Origin: Andalucia godoyi And28
Taxonomy: Eukaryota; Protista; Jakobida
Direction of reading: 5' to 3'
Assembly: GCA_009859145.1 (NCBI GenBank)
Contig: VRVR01000003.1
Location: 195,315-259,314, forward strand
DNA: 64,000 nt
A model generated the notes under the pieces. That model did no database searches, was not told the origin of the DNA, and saw nothing but the letters and a program-made list of their open reading frames with translations. Positions within the stretch are counted from its first letter, which is position 1, and each line of letters begins with the position of its first letter. Made by a program: the position numbers and the translations under genes. Positions 31,525 through 43,215 of the stretch are shown piece after piece.

Positions 31525-31728
31525 TCTTTAACGAGTGTTTTCCCTCCTCTTTTCCCTTGAAATTACTGTCCGTTTTCTCCTTTTTTTGTTTGTTATTATA
31601 CATGTGATTTTGTGTGCTTGTTGGGGTTGTGGTTGTGTGTAAACTGCGCAATGAAAGATGCAAGCGTTGGTCGTCTCTCGTTATTATTATTATTATTATT
31701 TTTTTTTTTTTTGAAATCCCGTCTTGAA

Positions 31729-32895
31729 TCAAACAGAAGGAACACGTTCGGCGGGAAACAGTAAGGCAGGCCGAGGAGTTCGGTTCGGGGTCGCAGATGA
31801 TACGACAACCTTTCTTATAGTCCCCACCAGTGCCACGTGGTCCATATCTCTAAAATGATCCCCAACAAGCTGATCCTGAAGCAACTCTGCTCCTCGGGAG
31901 TCGAACATACGTTCTGCAACTGTCAGTTTGTACGTGGCACCCGGATCCATACCGTGCCGTGCCGGAATGAACATGCACGGCGCATTTGGACTATTCGGAT
32001 TTCCATCGCCCATTATAAAAGTATTTGCATACAACCGAATGTATTCACTGAACTGCGTCATTGTGAACAATCGGTCGGCAAAGGCAAGAAAGGAGAACCG
32101 AAACGCGTCTTCCGGTCGAGCCATTGCACGATCTCCAATCAGCAGATGAATGTCCGCAACAATTCTCAGATGCGAAAACGGAGCCTCGACTTGAATAACT
32201 GGCCTTTTCTTCTTCTTTGCAGGGGTCTTCTTTTCCGTTGCGTCTCCTGCAGCGCTTCTCTTCTGTGTCTCTGCGCCATGTCCCGCTTTCCCTCTTGCAG
32301 CATCTGCAGATTCACCCGCTGACGCTACGCTTGCTCCCAAGTTCTTGGAAGCCATCGAGCCCTGCAGCGGCGGTTGCTGTTGGTGCTGCTGTTGATGTTG
32401 CTGCTGTTGTTTTTCACTGGCTTGCCTTCTCGCGGCAGCCTTTTCCGATCGTTTCCTCTTCGATTCGGCCTGCAACTCTGGATTCAAGCTCGTTTGAGCT
32501 TTATGTCTCTTTGCGAGTTCATAGTATACAGATCGGTCTTCATCGATCAGGTTTTTCCACAGTTCTCGCACTCGCTCTTCAAGAGACTGGTTCGCCGCAA
32601 CCATGTTTGGATACCGCAGCGGCGCAGAAAGCAGGAATAACCGATATGCATGCGCATCGGTCTTTTTGGAAATTGTGAGATCAAACAGACAATCCGTGAA
32701 GATCTGACGGACCATCTCGGGAATCGATGCTTCTCCTGGGCTACCAGAAACCGCTGATTGCAAAGCAGGATTCCGGTCCACTTCCTCTTGCACTTTTTGG
32801 ATCATTCCGTTCAAATAGAACACATCCACAGACTTTTCATTAAACAATTCTCGGACAAGAGTCTCAATCTCTACAGGGCACCTCATCCCGCTCAT
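31729..32895 (-). CDS. HMG-box-containing protein
   Basis: HAYRLFL...VRELWKNLIDEDRSVYYELAKRHK matches the HMG-box pattern; basic KKKKRP stretch follows. Confidence 0.65.
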   Translation of the reverse strand: MSGMRCPVEIETLVRELFNEKSVDVFYLNGMIQKVQEEVDRNPALQSAVSGSPGEASIPEMVRQIFTDCLFDLTISKKTDAHAYRLFLLSAPLRYPNMVAANQSLEERVRELWKNLIDEDRSVYYELAKRHKAQTSLNPELQAESKRKRSEKAAARRQASEKQQQQHQQQHQQQPPLQGSMASKNLGASVASAGESADAARGKAGHGAETQKRSAAGDATEKKTPAKKKKRPVIQVEAPFSHLRIVADIHLLIGDRAMARPEDAFRFSFLAFADRLFTMTQFSEYIRLYANTFIMGDGNPNSPNAPCMFIPARHGMDPGATYKLTVAERMFDSRGAELLQDQLVGDHFRDMDHVALVGTIRKVVVSSATPNRTPRPALLFPAERVPSV

Positions 32896-33306
32896 CGTGC
32901 ATCGTCAACCAAATCAAAAAAATAACAAAAAAGAAGGGGGGAGGGGAAAAATCAACCAAGATGAATAACTAAATAAAGAACATACTTTATCAAGAAAACT
33001 CTAATCTTTAGTATTAATAATATTTTAAAAAATACATTAAAAATACATAAAGAAGGTCGTCAACTCCCAACGAGAGGTTTCCTCCTCATCCGCCAGCAGC
33101 CTTTTTTGGCCGAAAAAACGCCTCAAAAAGCTTCTTCCGATTGGATGTGCAAAAGGATTTTTTTTTGAACAGCGTCCAATAATGATTGGCACTGCTACGT
33201 ATTCTATGTGCCTGATCTCTCACAGGGTCTGCTTTTTGCATTTGCGTCTTTAATACCAATTTGTTAGTCTTTATTTGAGAGGTAGTCGCATCAGAGAGAG
33301 TTTGGA

Positions 33307-34654
33307 TTGGTTGTCTGGTGTAGCCTGTCGGAACGGTTCATTGCGAGTGTATGCTCAGACCAGCATTTGTCATTTGCCATACAAGATTTGCCGGTTTTCA
33401 ATGATACCGGGGAATGCCTATCATTCCTGCCAATAACGTGCATTCTTCGGTGCTCCTCTTGCATTGAGAACTTTCCATATTTGCGTAAGTTTGCATATCA
33501 TCCATTGCGACACACAATGTTGAAAGAAGAGTTTTTGGAGAATTTCATAGTGGATATGAGAGACAGCGCACAGAAACAGAAAACATGGATCAGCACTGAA
33601 GGAGCTGTGCTCGTCTTAGGCAGATGCTTTGTCGTGTGTTTCCTGATGGAACAAAAATGTTGCGAGAGTCAGTATATTGCTGAGCTGCTGTTACGCTGTG
33701 TGCATCCGGAGACCTTCTGTTTGTTCACTGACATGATTACAGCGCTAATTGATAACCTCGTTTAAAAAGTTCTACGAGCTCCGCTGCGTTGTCCGGTCGT
33801 TTCCTCTGTTCTTTACTTTCTTTCGTAACAGACTTCCACAAATTTCGTATTCGTTTGCTTGATCTTTCTGAAAATCATCCTTGTCCCGGCGGATATGCTC
33901 CTATCAGTGACCCAAGAAAATGTCTGAAGATCACTGCTAAAGTCTCCAAATATAACCATTGAAACAAACCAGTGCTTCTATCGCTTGAAAGAAGAATAAT
34001 TTCGGCAAACTGCAAGAGAAAATGAAAAGGTGTTCTTCCAGCTGCTGTTTCCAAATTACCAAATTGAAAAGGATATCAAACGATTCGCTCCTCTGAGGCG
34101 ATCAGTCTCCGACGTCTCAAAAAACCCTCACTGAGTTGGTCCTTGCAGACGTATGCGAGAAGCAGTGGAAAATACTCAGAGATAGCGCGGTATTTTCAAG
34201 TCATCTTCGCAGAGGGATGCACAAACTGCGAAGGAAGATGTTTATTTGCAGCGACACCCGCGAGGTCGTGCGATGCTTGCATGCGGGAGATGGGTTTCCA
34301 TCGGACCCACAAGAAAGAAGTGACGAAATGATTTTCAGTTTGGAATTCCTTCGAGTGACTGTCCATCTAAATGCATTTGCAAGGGAGAAACTGGTTGAAA
34401 TTGCACCCGTCCTCAGCACGATCAATCATTCGTGTGTGCCGACGGCGTCGAAGGAGGTCTATTTAGGTTCACGAAACCGTCACAGGATCCGGGCAAGGAC
34501 GCCGCTGCCTTCCGCCCGCTGTCCGCCCATCGCCACCACATCTTACCAGTCCAGAACCTGCGGGAATCAGCTGTGTTCCCAGCATCAAAGATCATCACCA
34601 TCAACCCACACAAATTTTTTTTTAAAATTAAAAATGAATGCTGTTTGTTGCTGA
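33307..34654 (+). pseudogene. Fragmented SMYD-type SET-domain gene (pseudogene or unresolved multi-exon gene)
   Basis: ORF 34136-34654 has HLNAF...PVLSTINHSCVPTA...RIRARTPLP...TTSY, the SET NHSCxP signature in SMYD order. Upstream DNA is split by stops; linkage of ORF 33307-33765 to it is not shown. Confidence 0.45.
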
Positions 34655-34929
34655 AGAAAAATAGCCGAACGAACCAGCAAACGTCTTTCCACATTTGGAA
34701 TTTTGAATGGGTCCTCTATTCTCTAAGTCCCCGACGTCTCTCCGACTGAGGAAGACAGGTCGGCAGTTTCCGTCCAAATTGTTCACACCTTTTCCTCTTC
34801 TTCTGTTGTTGAAGGGGAAAAAAGTAAGGTTATTCAACGTGTGTCTGTTCGTGTGTTGGAGAGTTGTGTTTTCCAACGTCTGCTCATCTGATTTGTGTGT
34901 TCTGGACTGCGTGTTTCTGAAGAAGAAAA

Positions 34930-36598
34930 ATGGGAAAACATGCGTCTGGCTCACCTCTGAAATCGTCCCCAATCCGGATTCCACACCCTCCAGATTCCGC
35001 ACGGAACTCGACTGGTATGCATCTCTGCTGTTTCTCGCTGTTTTCGTTGTCTTCTCTATCTAAAACTGCAGATTTCTCACAGACTTTCTTTCAATTGATA
35101 TTGTTGTTGTTGGTGTTGTTGGTGTTGCTGCTGGGGCTGCTATCGTATAGATGTGCATCATAAGAGAAGACAAGAGTATCACGAATTTGTGGCTCAGGCC
35201 GTTCCTGCGGCGAGCCCCGGTGCTGTGATCGACGACAAGTCGCATTACCCACTATTTCACCAGGATTCAAGTTCATTTCTCACAATGGACGATTCCCTGC
35301 GGCGGCCCCGTTCTACGGAGCGCCGTCGGAGTCGTGGCTTGCAGGGTGCAGAAAGACCGCTTCCGAGCAACTCTTCCCGAACCTCGGACTGTTTTCCAGT
35401 AGACCTTTTGGAACTTGTGCGACAGAAGAAGGAGAAGAAGTGGCGACGTAGAAGGAGAACTCTCCTGGATAATCCATTGGAGCAGGTCCATGCAGATGGA
35501 TCGTCGGGATCGCTGTCTGTACGAGCCAAGGAGCAGCTTGCGAGTATGAATCATGAAGACCACATTTCAGAAATGAAGATAATGGAAATAGGACGCAAGA
35601 GACGGTCTCTGTCGAATCCAGCGGGGTTCGATGCTGCAAGAACCGTCACGTTTGCAAAGAATGGTGAATCTCTCGAAGATCGGTTTGCTGGAACAAAGAT
35701 GTCAGGAGACCCATTAAGCGGGATTGCCAATGGTAGTTCACGTAGCCGAATACCGTTGATGGATGCTCGGACGGCACGACAGGAGATTGACCCACTCGAC
35801 GATGCCTCCACACCACTGTACTCTTCATTCTCAAAAGACGAGGTTTTCCATCCAGCCAAAGTTCCTTTGCTGAGAGCGCGAAGTATCTCAAAGCTCAAAC
35901 GAAAGGATAGCGACGGCACAATGTCCGATGCAACCAGCTCTGATGTGGAAGTGTCACCACGAACCCCTTTGCAGCCCTCCTCCTCTTCTTCTTCTCTGGA
36001 AAAGTTCCCTGCGTACGTTCTTCGAAGAATGCAAAGCAACGGCGGCTTGCGCTCCCGATCGTTCTCATTAGAGTCCGCACGGTCTCCGTTGCGATCCTCA
36101 GGTTCATTTGGTTCACAGCCTATGGATGTCCTCGAGCGCACAAGGCAGCAACATTTGGAATCTGCTGGAATTGTAATGGAGCCAGCAGCTGGAAGCCCGA
36201 ATTGCAACGAATCCCCGCGCAGAAACTCGATTTCCTCGTTGTTGCTTCCCAGACGGGACTCGGCAAGCTCGCTTCCGCAGAGCCCACAATCAGTGCCCGC
36301 GGCAAATGGCCACCCTATCACTGTCCCTCCTCTTTCACTGCGCCATGTTGCTGCGTCAGCAGACTCCAGAAGTGAGGTAGACTTCAGCGATAGCGTTTCG
36401 AATTACGCCGGCTCAAGTGCTTCTCCACATGTTCCCAGGATGGTCTCCGTTCGCGATTCAAGGGACATCCAGAAGCAACTCTTGCCTATCTTGAAGGATG
36501 TCAAAGTGTCCACACCTCGATCGCATTCTCACGACTCTATTTCAAAGTTGGCAAATGGCATTCGGGTCTCCGGGTTCTTCGACCACCCCCATCCGTGA
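34930..36598 (+). CDS. Ser/Arg-rich hypothetical protein, two exons (34930-35014, 35151-36598)
   Basis: ATG 34930; donor ACTG|GTATGC at 35015; acceptor GTATAG| at 35150; the phase-1 join is in frame with ORF 35153-36598, which otherwise starts with GTG. Confidence 0.7.
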
Positions 36599-36609
36599 CG
36601 CTGCCATCG

Positions 36610-36650
<41 letters not shown>

Positions 36651-36815
36651 TGGAATTTTTTATATGGATGTTTCTTCTTAGTTAGCTATTGATGCGATTG
36701 ATTCTTGGCCCTCCTAGAATTATCATTTCTCATGTGCTGTGCTGTACCGTCAACAACGTTTGTACTGTTCTCATCGTGTTTTATTTCGTTTTCCTCCTTC
36801 CAATTCCACCGGAGA

Positions 36816-36934
36816 CTTCTGCACAACGCCAAAGTGCGCGGCGGGGGCCTGTCACCCTTCCCTGTACTGCAGCAACATTGATTACGCATCGTCAGCGCCG
36901 GCCATGCATGGTCAGGTCAGTGCACAAATGAAGG
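36816..36934 (+). mobile_element. Highly diverged Fanzor-element remnant, copy D
   Basis: ctgcacaacgccaaagtgcgcggcgggggcctgtcacccttcc aligns to ctgaagaacgccgagaggcgtgttgggggcctatacccttcc of copy A. attgattacgcat...atgcatggtcag matches the hairpin arms. Confidence 0.5.
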
Positions 36935-37203
36935 TGTTGTAGATACTATCAGGTCGCTCCGACGTTTTCCCGAGCGACGACGGAACCTGTTGTAGAAGCA
37001 GAAAGTGTAAACGGACGCCGCGTTTCATTTTTGGACACACGACTCACGCCTCTTTTGCGACTTTCTCGTTTCTCCACACTTTTTATTAAATTAATTCAGC
37101 TATCTTTGACCGCTTTTGCTTCCTTTACTTTTTTCAATCTTTTTTTAATTGTGGTGTTTGTTATTTCTAGACATTCCCTTAGCTAATCTTGAGAGGTACA
37201 AGA

Positions 37204-38235
37204 ATGGCGGATCGTCAGCGTCTTCATGGTGATTACGGCGATGATGTAGAAGTTGGAAACGCAGGTCCAAATGCCGGTGGTCAAGGGTTCTCGTCTGTCG
37301 ATATGCGTTCTCCTGGTGCCGGTCCTCGTGGCGGGTCTGCCCAAGAGCCGCAGCACAGTTCTGGACCGATTGCTGCAGTTGCGAATGCAGCACGCAGAGC
37401 ACAAGAGTTCACGACGAGACCTGACAAGCCAATGCCGCGTGCGGATGATGATGGAAACGCATTTATGCCTGTGTTCCGAGGATTTAGGTTCTTCCGAAAG
37501 TACGGAACGGACCTTGTCAAGGGTATTCGGTGGCAGGCGCTGATTGGAGAGTTTGTAGGAACTTTCTGCTTCTTGTTTGTCGGTATCTTGTCGGTGATCG
37601 TCACGAAGGAGTATCCGGGAGACCCGACGTTGGTCAAGTCGCTGGTTGCTGCATTTGCTCATGGATTTGCTCTTTGCTGCGCAATCTACATGATGGCGAA
37701 TATTTCGGGTGGCCATCTCAACCCTGCCGTTTCGTTGGCCGGTATCGTCTGCCATAAGATGGACTTCAAGCACGGTCTGTTGTACATGGGCTGCCAGTTC
37801 GGGGGATCGGTTTGTGCAGCGTTGGCAGCGGAAATTCTTGTGGAGGGTGCGACTGGATACAACTTTGCTGTTCCGTTGAATGTGGAGAAGTGGCGTGCGT
37901 TCATTGCAGAGATTCTGTTCACGTTCTTCTTTGTGACAGTCATTTTGTCCCTTGCAATGGATCCGTCGTCGCCAATGGGTGCCGGCGAATCAAAGTTTGA
38001 TATCTTCATCACTGTTGCGCCGCTCATTATCGGACTCACGCTGACCAGTATCATCATTGTCGGAGCAAACATCTCGGGTGCTTGCTTGAACCCTGCGCAT
38101 GCTTTTGGACCCGCGTTGGTGCTCAAGCGGTGGGACGACTTTGAAATCTATCTGTTCGGTCCCATGATCGGTGCCTCTGGCGCAACCCTCTTGTACGAAT
38201 TCATGTTCTCACCCAAGCCGTTCTCGAGACGTTAA
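37204..38235 (+). CDS. Aquaporin / MIP channel
   Basis: ALIGEFVGTF, ISGGHLNPAVS, AEILFTFFFV, ISGACLNPAHAFGPA; six TM segments. Confidence 0.95.
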   Translation: MADRQRLHGDYGDDVEVGNAGPNAGGQGFSSVDMRSPGAGPRGGSAQEPQHSSGPIAAVANAARRAQEFTTRPDKPMPRADDDGNAFMPVFRGFRFFRKYGTDLVKGIRWQALIGEFVGTFCFLFVGILSVIVTKEYPGDPTLVKSLVAAFAHGFALCCAIYMMANISGGHLNPAVSLAGIVCHKMDFKHGLLYMGCQFGGSVCAALAAEILVEGATGYNFAVPLNVEKWRAFIAEILFTFFFVTVILSLAMDPSSPMGAGESKFDIFITVAPLIIGLTLTSIIIVGANISGACLNPAHAFGPALVLKRWDDFEIYLFGPMIGASGATLLYEFMFSPKPFSRR

Positions 38236-38679
38236 TCATTCTTCGTGTTTCTTCTGACTTGGGGTTTTCTCTTCCTGTCTCCGATGTCTGGTGCATAGTT
38301 TGTTCATGTTTCTCTCCTCCTCCCCCCCCCCCCCCAACCCAATCTCCTTGTTCTATGTGCGCTGCCGCTTCTAAGTGTGTTATCATGATTGTAGTATTGC
38401 TACATCTCGCTTTAAACGGCCCACTTGTTCCCCGCAGGACATCATCAAATACTTTGTGAAGTTCGTCTGCTCCCTTCAACGTAATGCATTCTTCATTTTC
38501 TTCTTCTTCTCCTTGTGCAATTCCCCCTCCTCTTTTCTTTTTTTTTTTTTTTTTTTGTTTTCTTTTGTGTGTGTATGTGTGTGTGTATTATTATCTTTGC
38601 ATTGCAGAACTAAAATTCAGCTTTATACAATCTTGCAATGGTATTTCCGGGCGGACGTCACAGCAATGCACAAAGGCCG

Positions 38680-40656
38680 CTACGATACGGAAAGGACATT
38701 GAAAGCAAACAGCACAGAAAACAGTGTGGCTACAAAATACAAGATCAAAAGGCAGATTCCGTACCACCGCGGAGATCGCCACTTGTTCAGTGGCAGCACA
38801 ATCAGCGCAGACAAGAGGGAAACCAGCAATGTGAAGAAGGAGACATACAGCGATTCATTCATAACAAGGCTCGCTGGTTGGGGATAGTTGATTGCGTTGA
38901 GAATGGTAAATGCAAGACCAACTCCTATGAGCAAGTTAAGCATTGGGCCTGCATAGATCGCTGCGATTGCCATCTGCGGGTATCCGTTTCGAGCAACGAG
39001 AATGTCCGCCACGAGATCACCGACACTGTTGCCGATTGCCAGAACGGTTAGCGCCATCAACGACGGTGATATGCCGAAAAAGAAGCCAAGAGATTGCAAA
39101 ACGACCACCAGTTCGTTTGCAAACAAGTAGATCCATACAATCGACATCGCAAAGCACAGAAAAACAAAGCACAGAAGAACAAACCCCTTAGGTTCACGGC
39201 GGGCAGGAAGGAAGAAATAGATCACAACTGACAATGGAACAGTGAGAAGCAGGAAAATGACAACAAGCGGAAAGACCCCAATCAAGAAAGGAACCATGTT
39301 CGCGGCAAACATGATCATGAGGGGAAACAATGCGAATGAACAGGATGCGAAGAAGCGATCAAAACAGTCGTGCTCGACTTGTGGAATCGTGAACAGCAGC
39401 AGCAATCGAAAAGGGGCAACAAAAGGAAACAGGATTTTTTCAAACAAGTTTTTGTCCTCCCACTCAATAAAATCAACCCATCTCCTCCACAAACCAAGAA
39501 GAGACTTCTCATAGATCATGTCCTCTGACATGTCAGTCGAAGATTGCGCATCCTGAATGTTGTTGACGGCAGACGGACCCGCTGAAAACGGAGCGCCCAC
39601 TGCGACGGCTGTCGATTGTGCAACACCAGACGGCTTTCCACCAATGAGAGGTGCCGACTCGCCGACTGTTGTGGAGCTCCTCTCTTCTTCCTCGCGTTCT
39701 TCTTCGAGGGCATTCCCGTGAACCATGTACACGACATGCCGGTGCGGTGCGTGGACATGTGTATGCGCATGGGCATGTACGTGCTCATGCTTGTCGTGGG
39801 CCAACGCCCTTTCAACGTTGCTCTGCACTGCGGCCGGATCAGACCTTGCGACCTCATTTCCATCTGCTGCCAAACGCCGCTTCTTCCAGCGCTGGTAGAC
39901 CATGCGGCCGACGATCACGATAATCACATACACAATGTACAGTACAAGGAACGAAATTGACTCTGCGAGAGAGAATGTGCCGTCGATCGCTGTTAGACAA
40001 GCATAAATAACAGACGCCAGGTACATCAGCACGTCTCGGAGGAACGGTCTTCTGGTGACCTTCACGTCCGCAACCATCGTTACTAGGCCCATAATGACAG
40101 TGGTGATGAACATTCCTGAACCAATCGGTTCTCCGATTCCGATGTCGGACGCTCCGGAAACCAGAACTGCAGCCACAATCGATGAGATATCTGGTGCGCC
40201 ATTGCCCAGTGCAAGGAACGTGACGCCCGCAACGTTCGGCGAGAGCTTTAAACTCTCTGTGATTCGTTCCAAAGACCCTGTAAAATACTGATCGGCAGTA
40301 TCACCAAGCATAACAAACAGTAGAATCAGCCAAATGATAATCACGGTGTACACAAACCCAGCAGCATGCGGAAGCGTGCAGTAGCGCATCGCCATGTAAT
40401 CAAACACTCCAACAACATCTCCGCAGTTGTCTCGCACCCACTGACACTGCTCCGATGCAGGCCTGTTCCTTACTTTCCCACAATCGTCGCCGTCGTCATC
40501 CGCGAGCCTTCTTGATGTCGCAGAAGACGCGGACGACAAGGATGACGAAGAAAACGAAGGAATCGTAACCGATGCGAGCGCCAACAGTCCAAACAAACAC
40601 AGACATATCGATGCTTTCAAAATCTGCCGGCTCGTTCGGTTCTTTCTCCTCATCAT
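38680..40656 (-). CDS. NCLX: Cation/Ca2+ exchanger, CCX/NCLX (NCKX6) clade
   Basis: Alpha-1 repeat NVAGVTFLALGNGAPDISS and alpha-2 repeat LTVLAIGNSVGDLVAD...GYPQMAIAAIYAGPMLNLL. Confidence 0.88.
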   Translation of the reverse strand: MMRRKNRTSRQILKASICLCLFGLLALASVTIPSFSSSSLSSASSATSRRLADDDGDDCGKVRNRPASEQCQWVRDNCGDVVGVFDYMAMRYCTLPHAAGFVYTVIIIWLILLFVMLGDTADQYFTGSLERITESLKLSPNVAGVTFLALGNGAPDISSIVAAVLVSGASDIGIGEPIGSGMFITTVIMGLVTMVADVKVTRRPFLRDVLMYLASVIYACLTAIDGTFSLAESISFLVLYIVYVIIVIVGRMVYQRWKKRRLAADGNEVARSDPAAVQSNVERALAHDKHEHVHAHAHTHVHAPHRHVVYMVHGNALEEEREEEERSSTTVGESAPLIGGKPSGVAQSTAVAVGAPFSAGPSAVNNIQDAQSSTDMSEDMIYEKSLLGLWRRWVDFIEWEDKNLFEKILFPFVAPFRLLLLFTIPQVEHDCFDRFFASCSFALFPLMIMFAANMVPFLIGVFPLVVIFLLLTVPLSVVIYFFLPARREPKGFVLLCFVFLCFAMSIVWIYLFANELVVVLQSLGFFFGISPSLMALTVLAIGNSVGDLVADILVARNGYPQMAIAAIYAGPMLNLLIGVGLAFTILNAINYPQPASLVMNESLYVSFFTLLVSLLSALIVLPLNKWRSPRWYGICLLILYFVATLFSVLFAFNVLSVS

Positions 40657-40863
40657 TTTCTTCTCCCAAACCAATATATACCAATGGCAATAACAACAAC
40701 AACAACAACGGTGGCAATTATAATATATAAGAATGTGCGTATCCTTCAAACTTCCCGTCTGAATAAATCAAAGAAAAGTCGCGCGGTAAGCGGAAGTCAA
40801 ATGCAGCAGAGGGTACACTTGCACTTCAGATGCTCTGTTGCTGCCTTTTGTTTTTCTGCGCAA

Positions 40864-40894
<31 letters not shown>

Positions 40895-41444
40895 GTGAGC
40901 AGGGGACTTGTGACTGATGAGCAGTCTTTGAGAGTTGAAATCTTTTTGAACCTTTGAATCTTGCAGAAATGTACGGCAAGGATGGACCACTTGGTGCAGG
41001 TGGACGCCGGGACATTTCTGGAATTTTCTTCCCGACAAGCAAAAGCGAAATGTCAGAGCGTCCCGCAAACAAATGACGATGACTCACTGAGTTACCGGTA
41101 CTGACTCAATCCGCAAAGCCGCCGTAGTCCACGAAAACACAAAGCACGCTTGATACTGGATGCTTGAATCCCTTTTGACTATGACTGTAGGGCTCTCACT
41201 GTTGGACCAAAATTTCGCCTTTCGCAGAAAACAACGCTCTTTCATATTTCCTCGATGTATTCGTTTTGCTGAATCCTTCTCTTCTTCTCTCCTTTCTTTT
41301 TCCTTCTTTTCCTTTTCCTTTTTTCTTTTTTCCTCCTTCTTCTCTTCGGATCCAGATCTTTTTTAAATTCAATTTTCCCTTGATTGTGGTTACCGTACAG
41401 AAAAGAGGAAGTTTAAAAAAAAAGAAGAAGAAGAAGAAGGCAAG

Positions 41445-42017
41445 ATGTTCCGCTCTACTGGTCTTATTCGTTCGTCTGTCCGTGCATTCGGCAGCAACCA
41501 GCCTCCTCGTGCGCCGTCTGTGCAAGGAGTGACCGAGTTCCTTGAATCTCTGTCCCCCGCAGCACGCAAGGATGCTGAGAACATCGTGAATGCATACGAG
41601 GAACTCCTTGAGCAGCGTGCATTCCGCCCTCGATTCCAGCGATTTGATAACCAACAACGTGGAGAGCACAACGCCAATGGCAACCCCAGCAACGCCAGAC
41701 ATACCGAGAATGGAGAGGTTCGTGAGCGTCGGGTGTTCTCCAACGAGCACAAGCTATTCATCAAGAACTTGTCGTTTGCGACGACTTGGCAGACTCTCAA
41801 GGCCCGCTTTGAGGAGGTCGGCGCTGTGGCATTTGCAACCATCCTCAAGTCCGAGGACGGAAAGCCCAGAGGCATGGCGCTTGTCACCATGGAGAAGCCA
41901 GAGGACGCAAAGCGCGCTCTGCAGGAACTCAATGGAGCCGAGCTCGATGGTCGCCAGCTTCGCGTAGAGGCCGCACGCGAATTCTCTCGCCGTGAAGAAT
42001 CGCCAAAGGACGAGTAA
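41445..42017 (+). CDS. Single-RRM RNA-binding protein, probably mitochondrial
   Basis: RNP2 KLFIKNL and RNP1 PRGMALVTM, LNGAELDGRQLRV; N-terminus MFRSTGLIRSSVRAFGS is presequence-like. Confidence 0.85.
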   Translation: MFRSTGLIRSSVRAFGSNQPPRAPSVQGVTEFLESLSPAARKDAENIVNAYEELLEQRAFRPRFQRFDNQQRGEHNANGNPSNARHTENGEVRERRVFSNEHKLFIKNLSFATTWQTLKARFEEVGAVAFATILKSEDGKPRGMALVTMEKPEDAKRALQELNGAELDGRQLRVEAAREFSRREESPKDE

Positions 42018-42247
42018 GCCGAGCCGTTTTTCGTGGGAACAAGAAAACAACAAGAATCACCGAGTCGTTTTTCTGCATCTGCATATTTGCACATGGACAA
42101 AGAGTTTTTAGTTTGTATATATACAAATTTTGTGTGTTGAAAATCAGTGTAAATTCTTTGGTTTTTTCCCTTTCATCCGTTTTTCAATGCATTGGAACGA
42201 ACAAGAAGGAGCGCTCCAACAGTATGGGTGACGATACAGATTACAAA

Positions 42248-42763
42248 CTATGCAGCGTTGATCGAGGCAAAGTCGATCACGACAGGAGTGTGGTGCACCT
42301 GGTCGCAAAAGGAGAGGAAGTCCGTCACCTTGAAGCAACAGGTGGCGGTGTTTTCCATGGGGTGGAAATTCACAGTCTCGTGCTCGAGAAGCTTGGAATC
42401 AAGCAGGAGCGGGACCTTGCACTCCGGATCGTTTGCAAGACTGAATGGATTCACACAGCCCGGTTGGACATGCAACGCATCTAGGAGCATCTCGCTGGTT
42501 GCAAATCGCATCGAAGTGTTGTTCACCAGAAACTTGCTGAGCCTTTTCATTTCCACTCGGGTGGAATCAAGCGCCACAACAAGCCATGTTCGTTTCTTGT
42601 CGTCCTTCACAAACAGATTCTTGCAATGGGCTCCAGGCAGCCTGTCGCCTGCAATCTGCAGCAGAGATTCCATCGTTGGAGTTGGCTCATGACGAAGCGT
42701 TTCTATTGGAGCAATTCCAAAACTCAATAACAACGCCAAACATTCGTCAATTGTTTGGATCAT
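42248..42763 (-). CDS. YbaK/ProX-family trans-editing deacylase (ProXp-ala / PRORSD1-like)
   Basis: HCKNLFVKD, MRFATSEML, VQPGCVNPFSL, VNFHPMENTAT. Confidence 0.9.
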   Translation of the reverse strand: MIQTIDECLALLLSFGIAPIETLRHEPTPTMESLLQIAGDRLPGAHCKNLFVKDDKKRTWLVVALDSTRVEMKRLSKFLVNNTSMRFATSEMLLDALHVQPGCVNPFSLANDPECKVPLLLDSKLLEHETVNFHPMENTATCCFKVTDFLSFCDQVHHTPVVIDFASINAA

Positions 42764-43065
42764 GCCAGCGAATTCTGCTCTTCCTCACGTCTGCAGCCGC
42801 TTGTTCTCGCTCCTTTGCCACACCCACGCACAACAACTCACACTCTCTTGACACGGATTCACGACAGGCCGCAGGCGCGAGCAGAACGCCCTGCCGAATT
42901 CCGGACCCGAACAATAATCATCACGCCGGACTTTGTTCGAGGTGTTTGAGCTTGGAAGAAGCGTCCATTCGCCAAGCACTTCCTTGAAGCAACGCTTGGG
43001 GAAACAGCGGAGCTGTGCAGATTGCAGTTTTCTTTATCTACCTTTCTTTCTTTTTTGTTTTCGTT

Positions 43066-43186
<121 letters not shown>

Positions 43187-43215
43187 CGGGTGAAAAAGAG
43201 ACGGCATGGGAAGAG

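Noticed and set aside
41070-41200. Possible box C/D snoRNA upstream of the RRM gene (atgacgatga...ctga)
   Set aside because: Box C is imperfect, and I could not identify a terminal stem or an rRNA-complementary guide.
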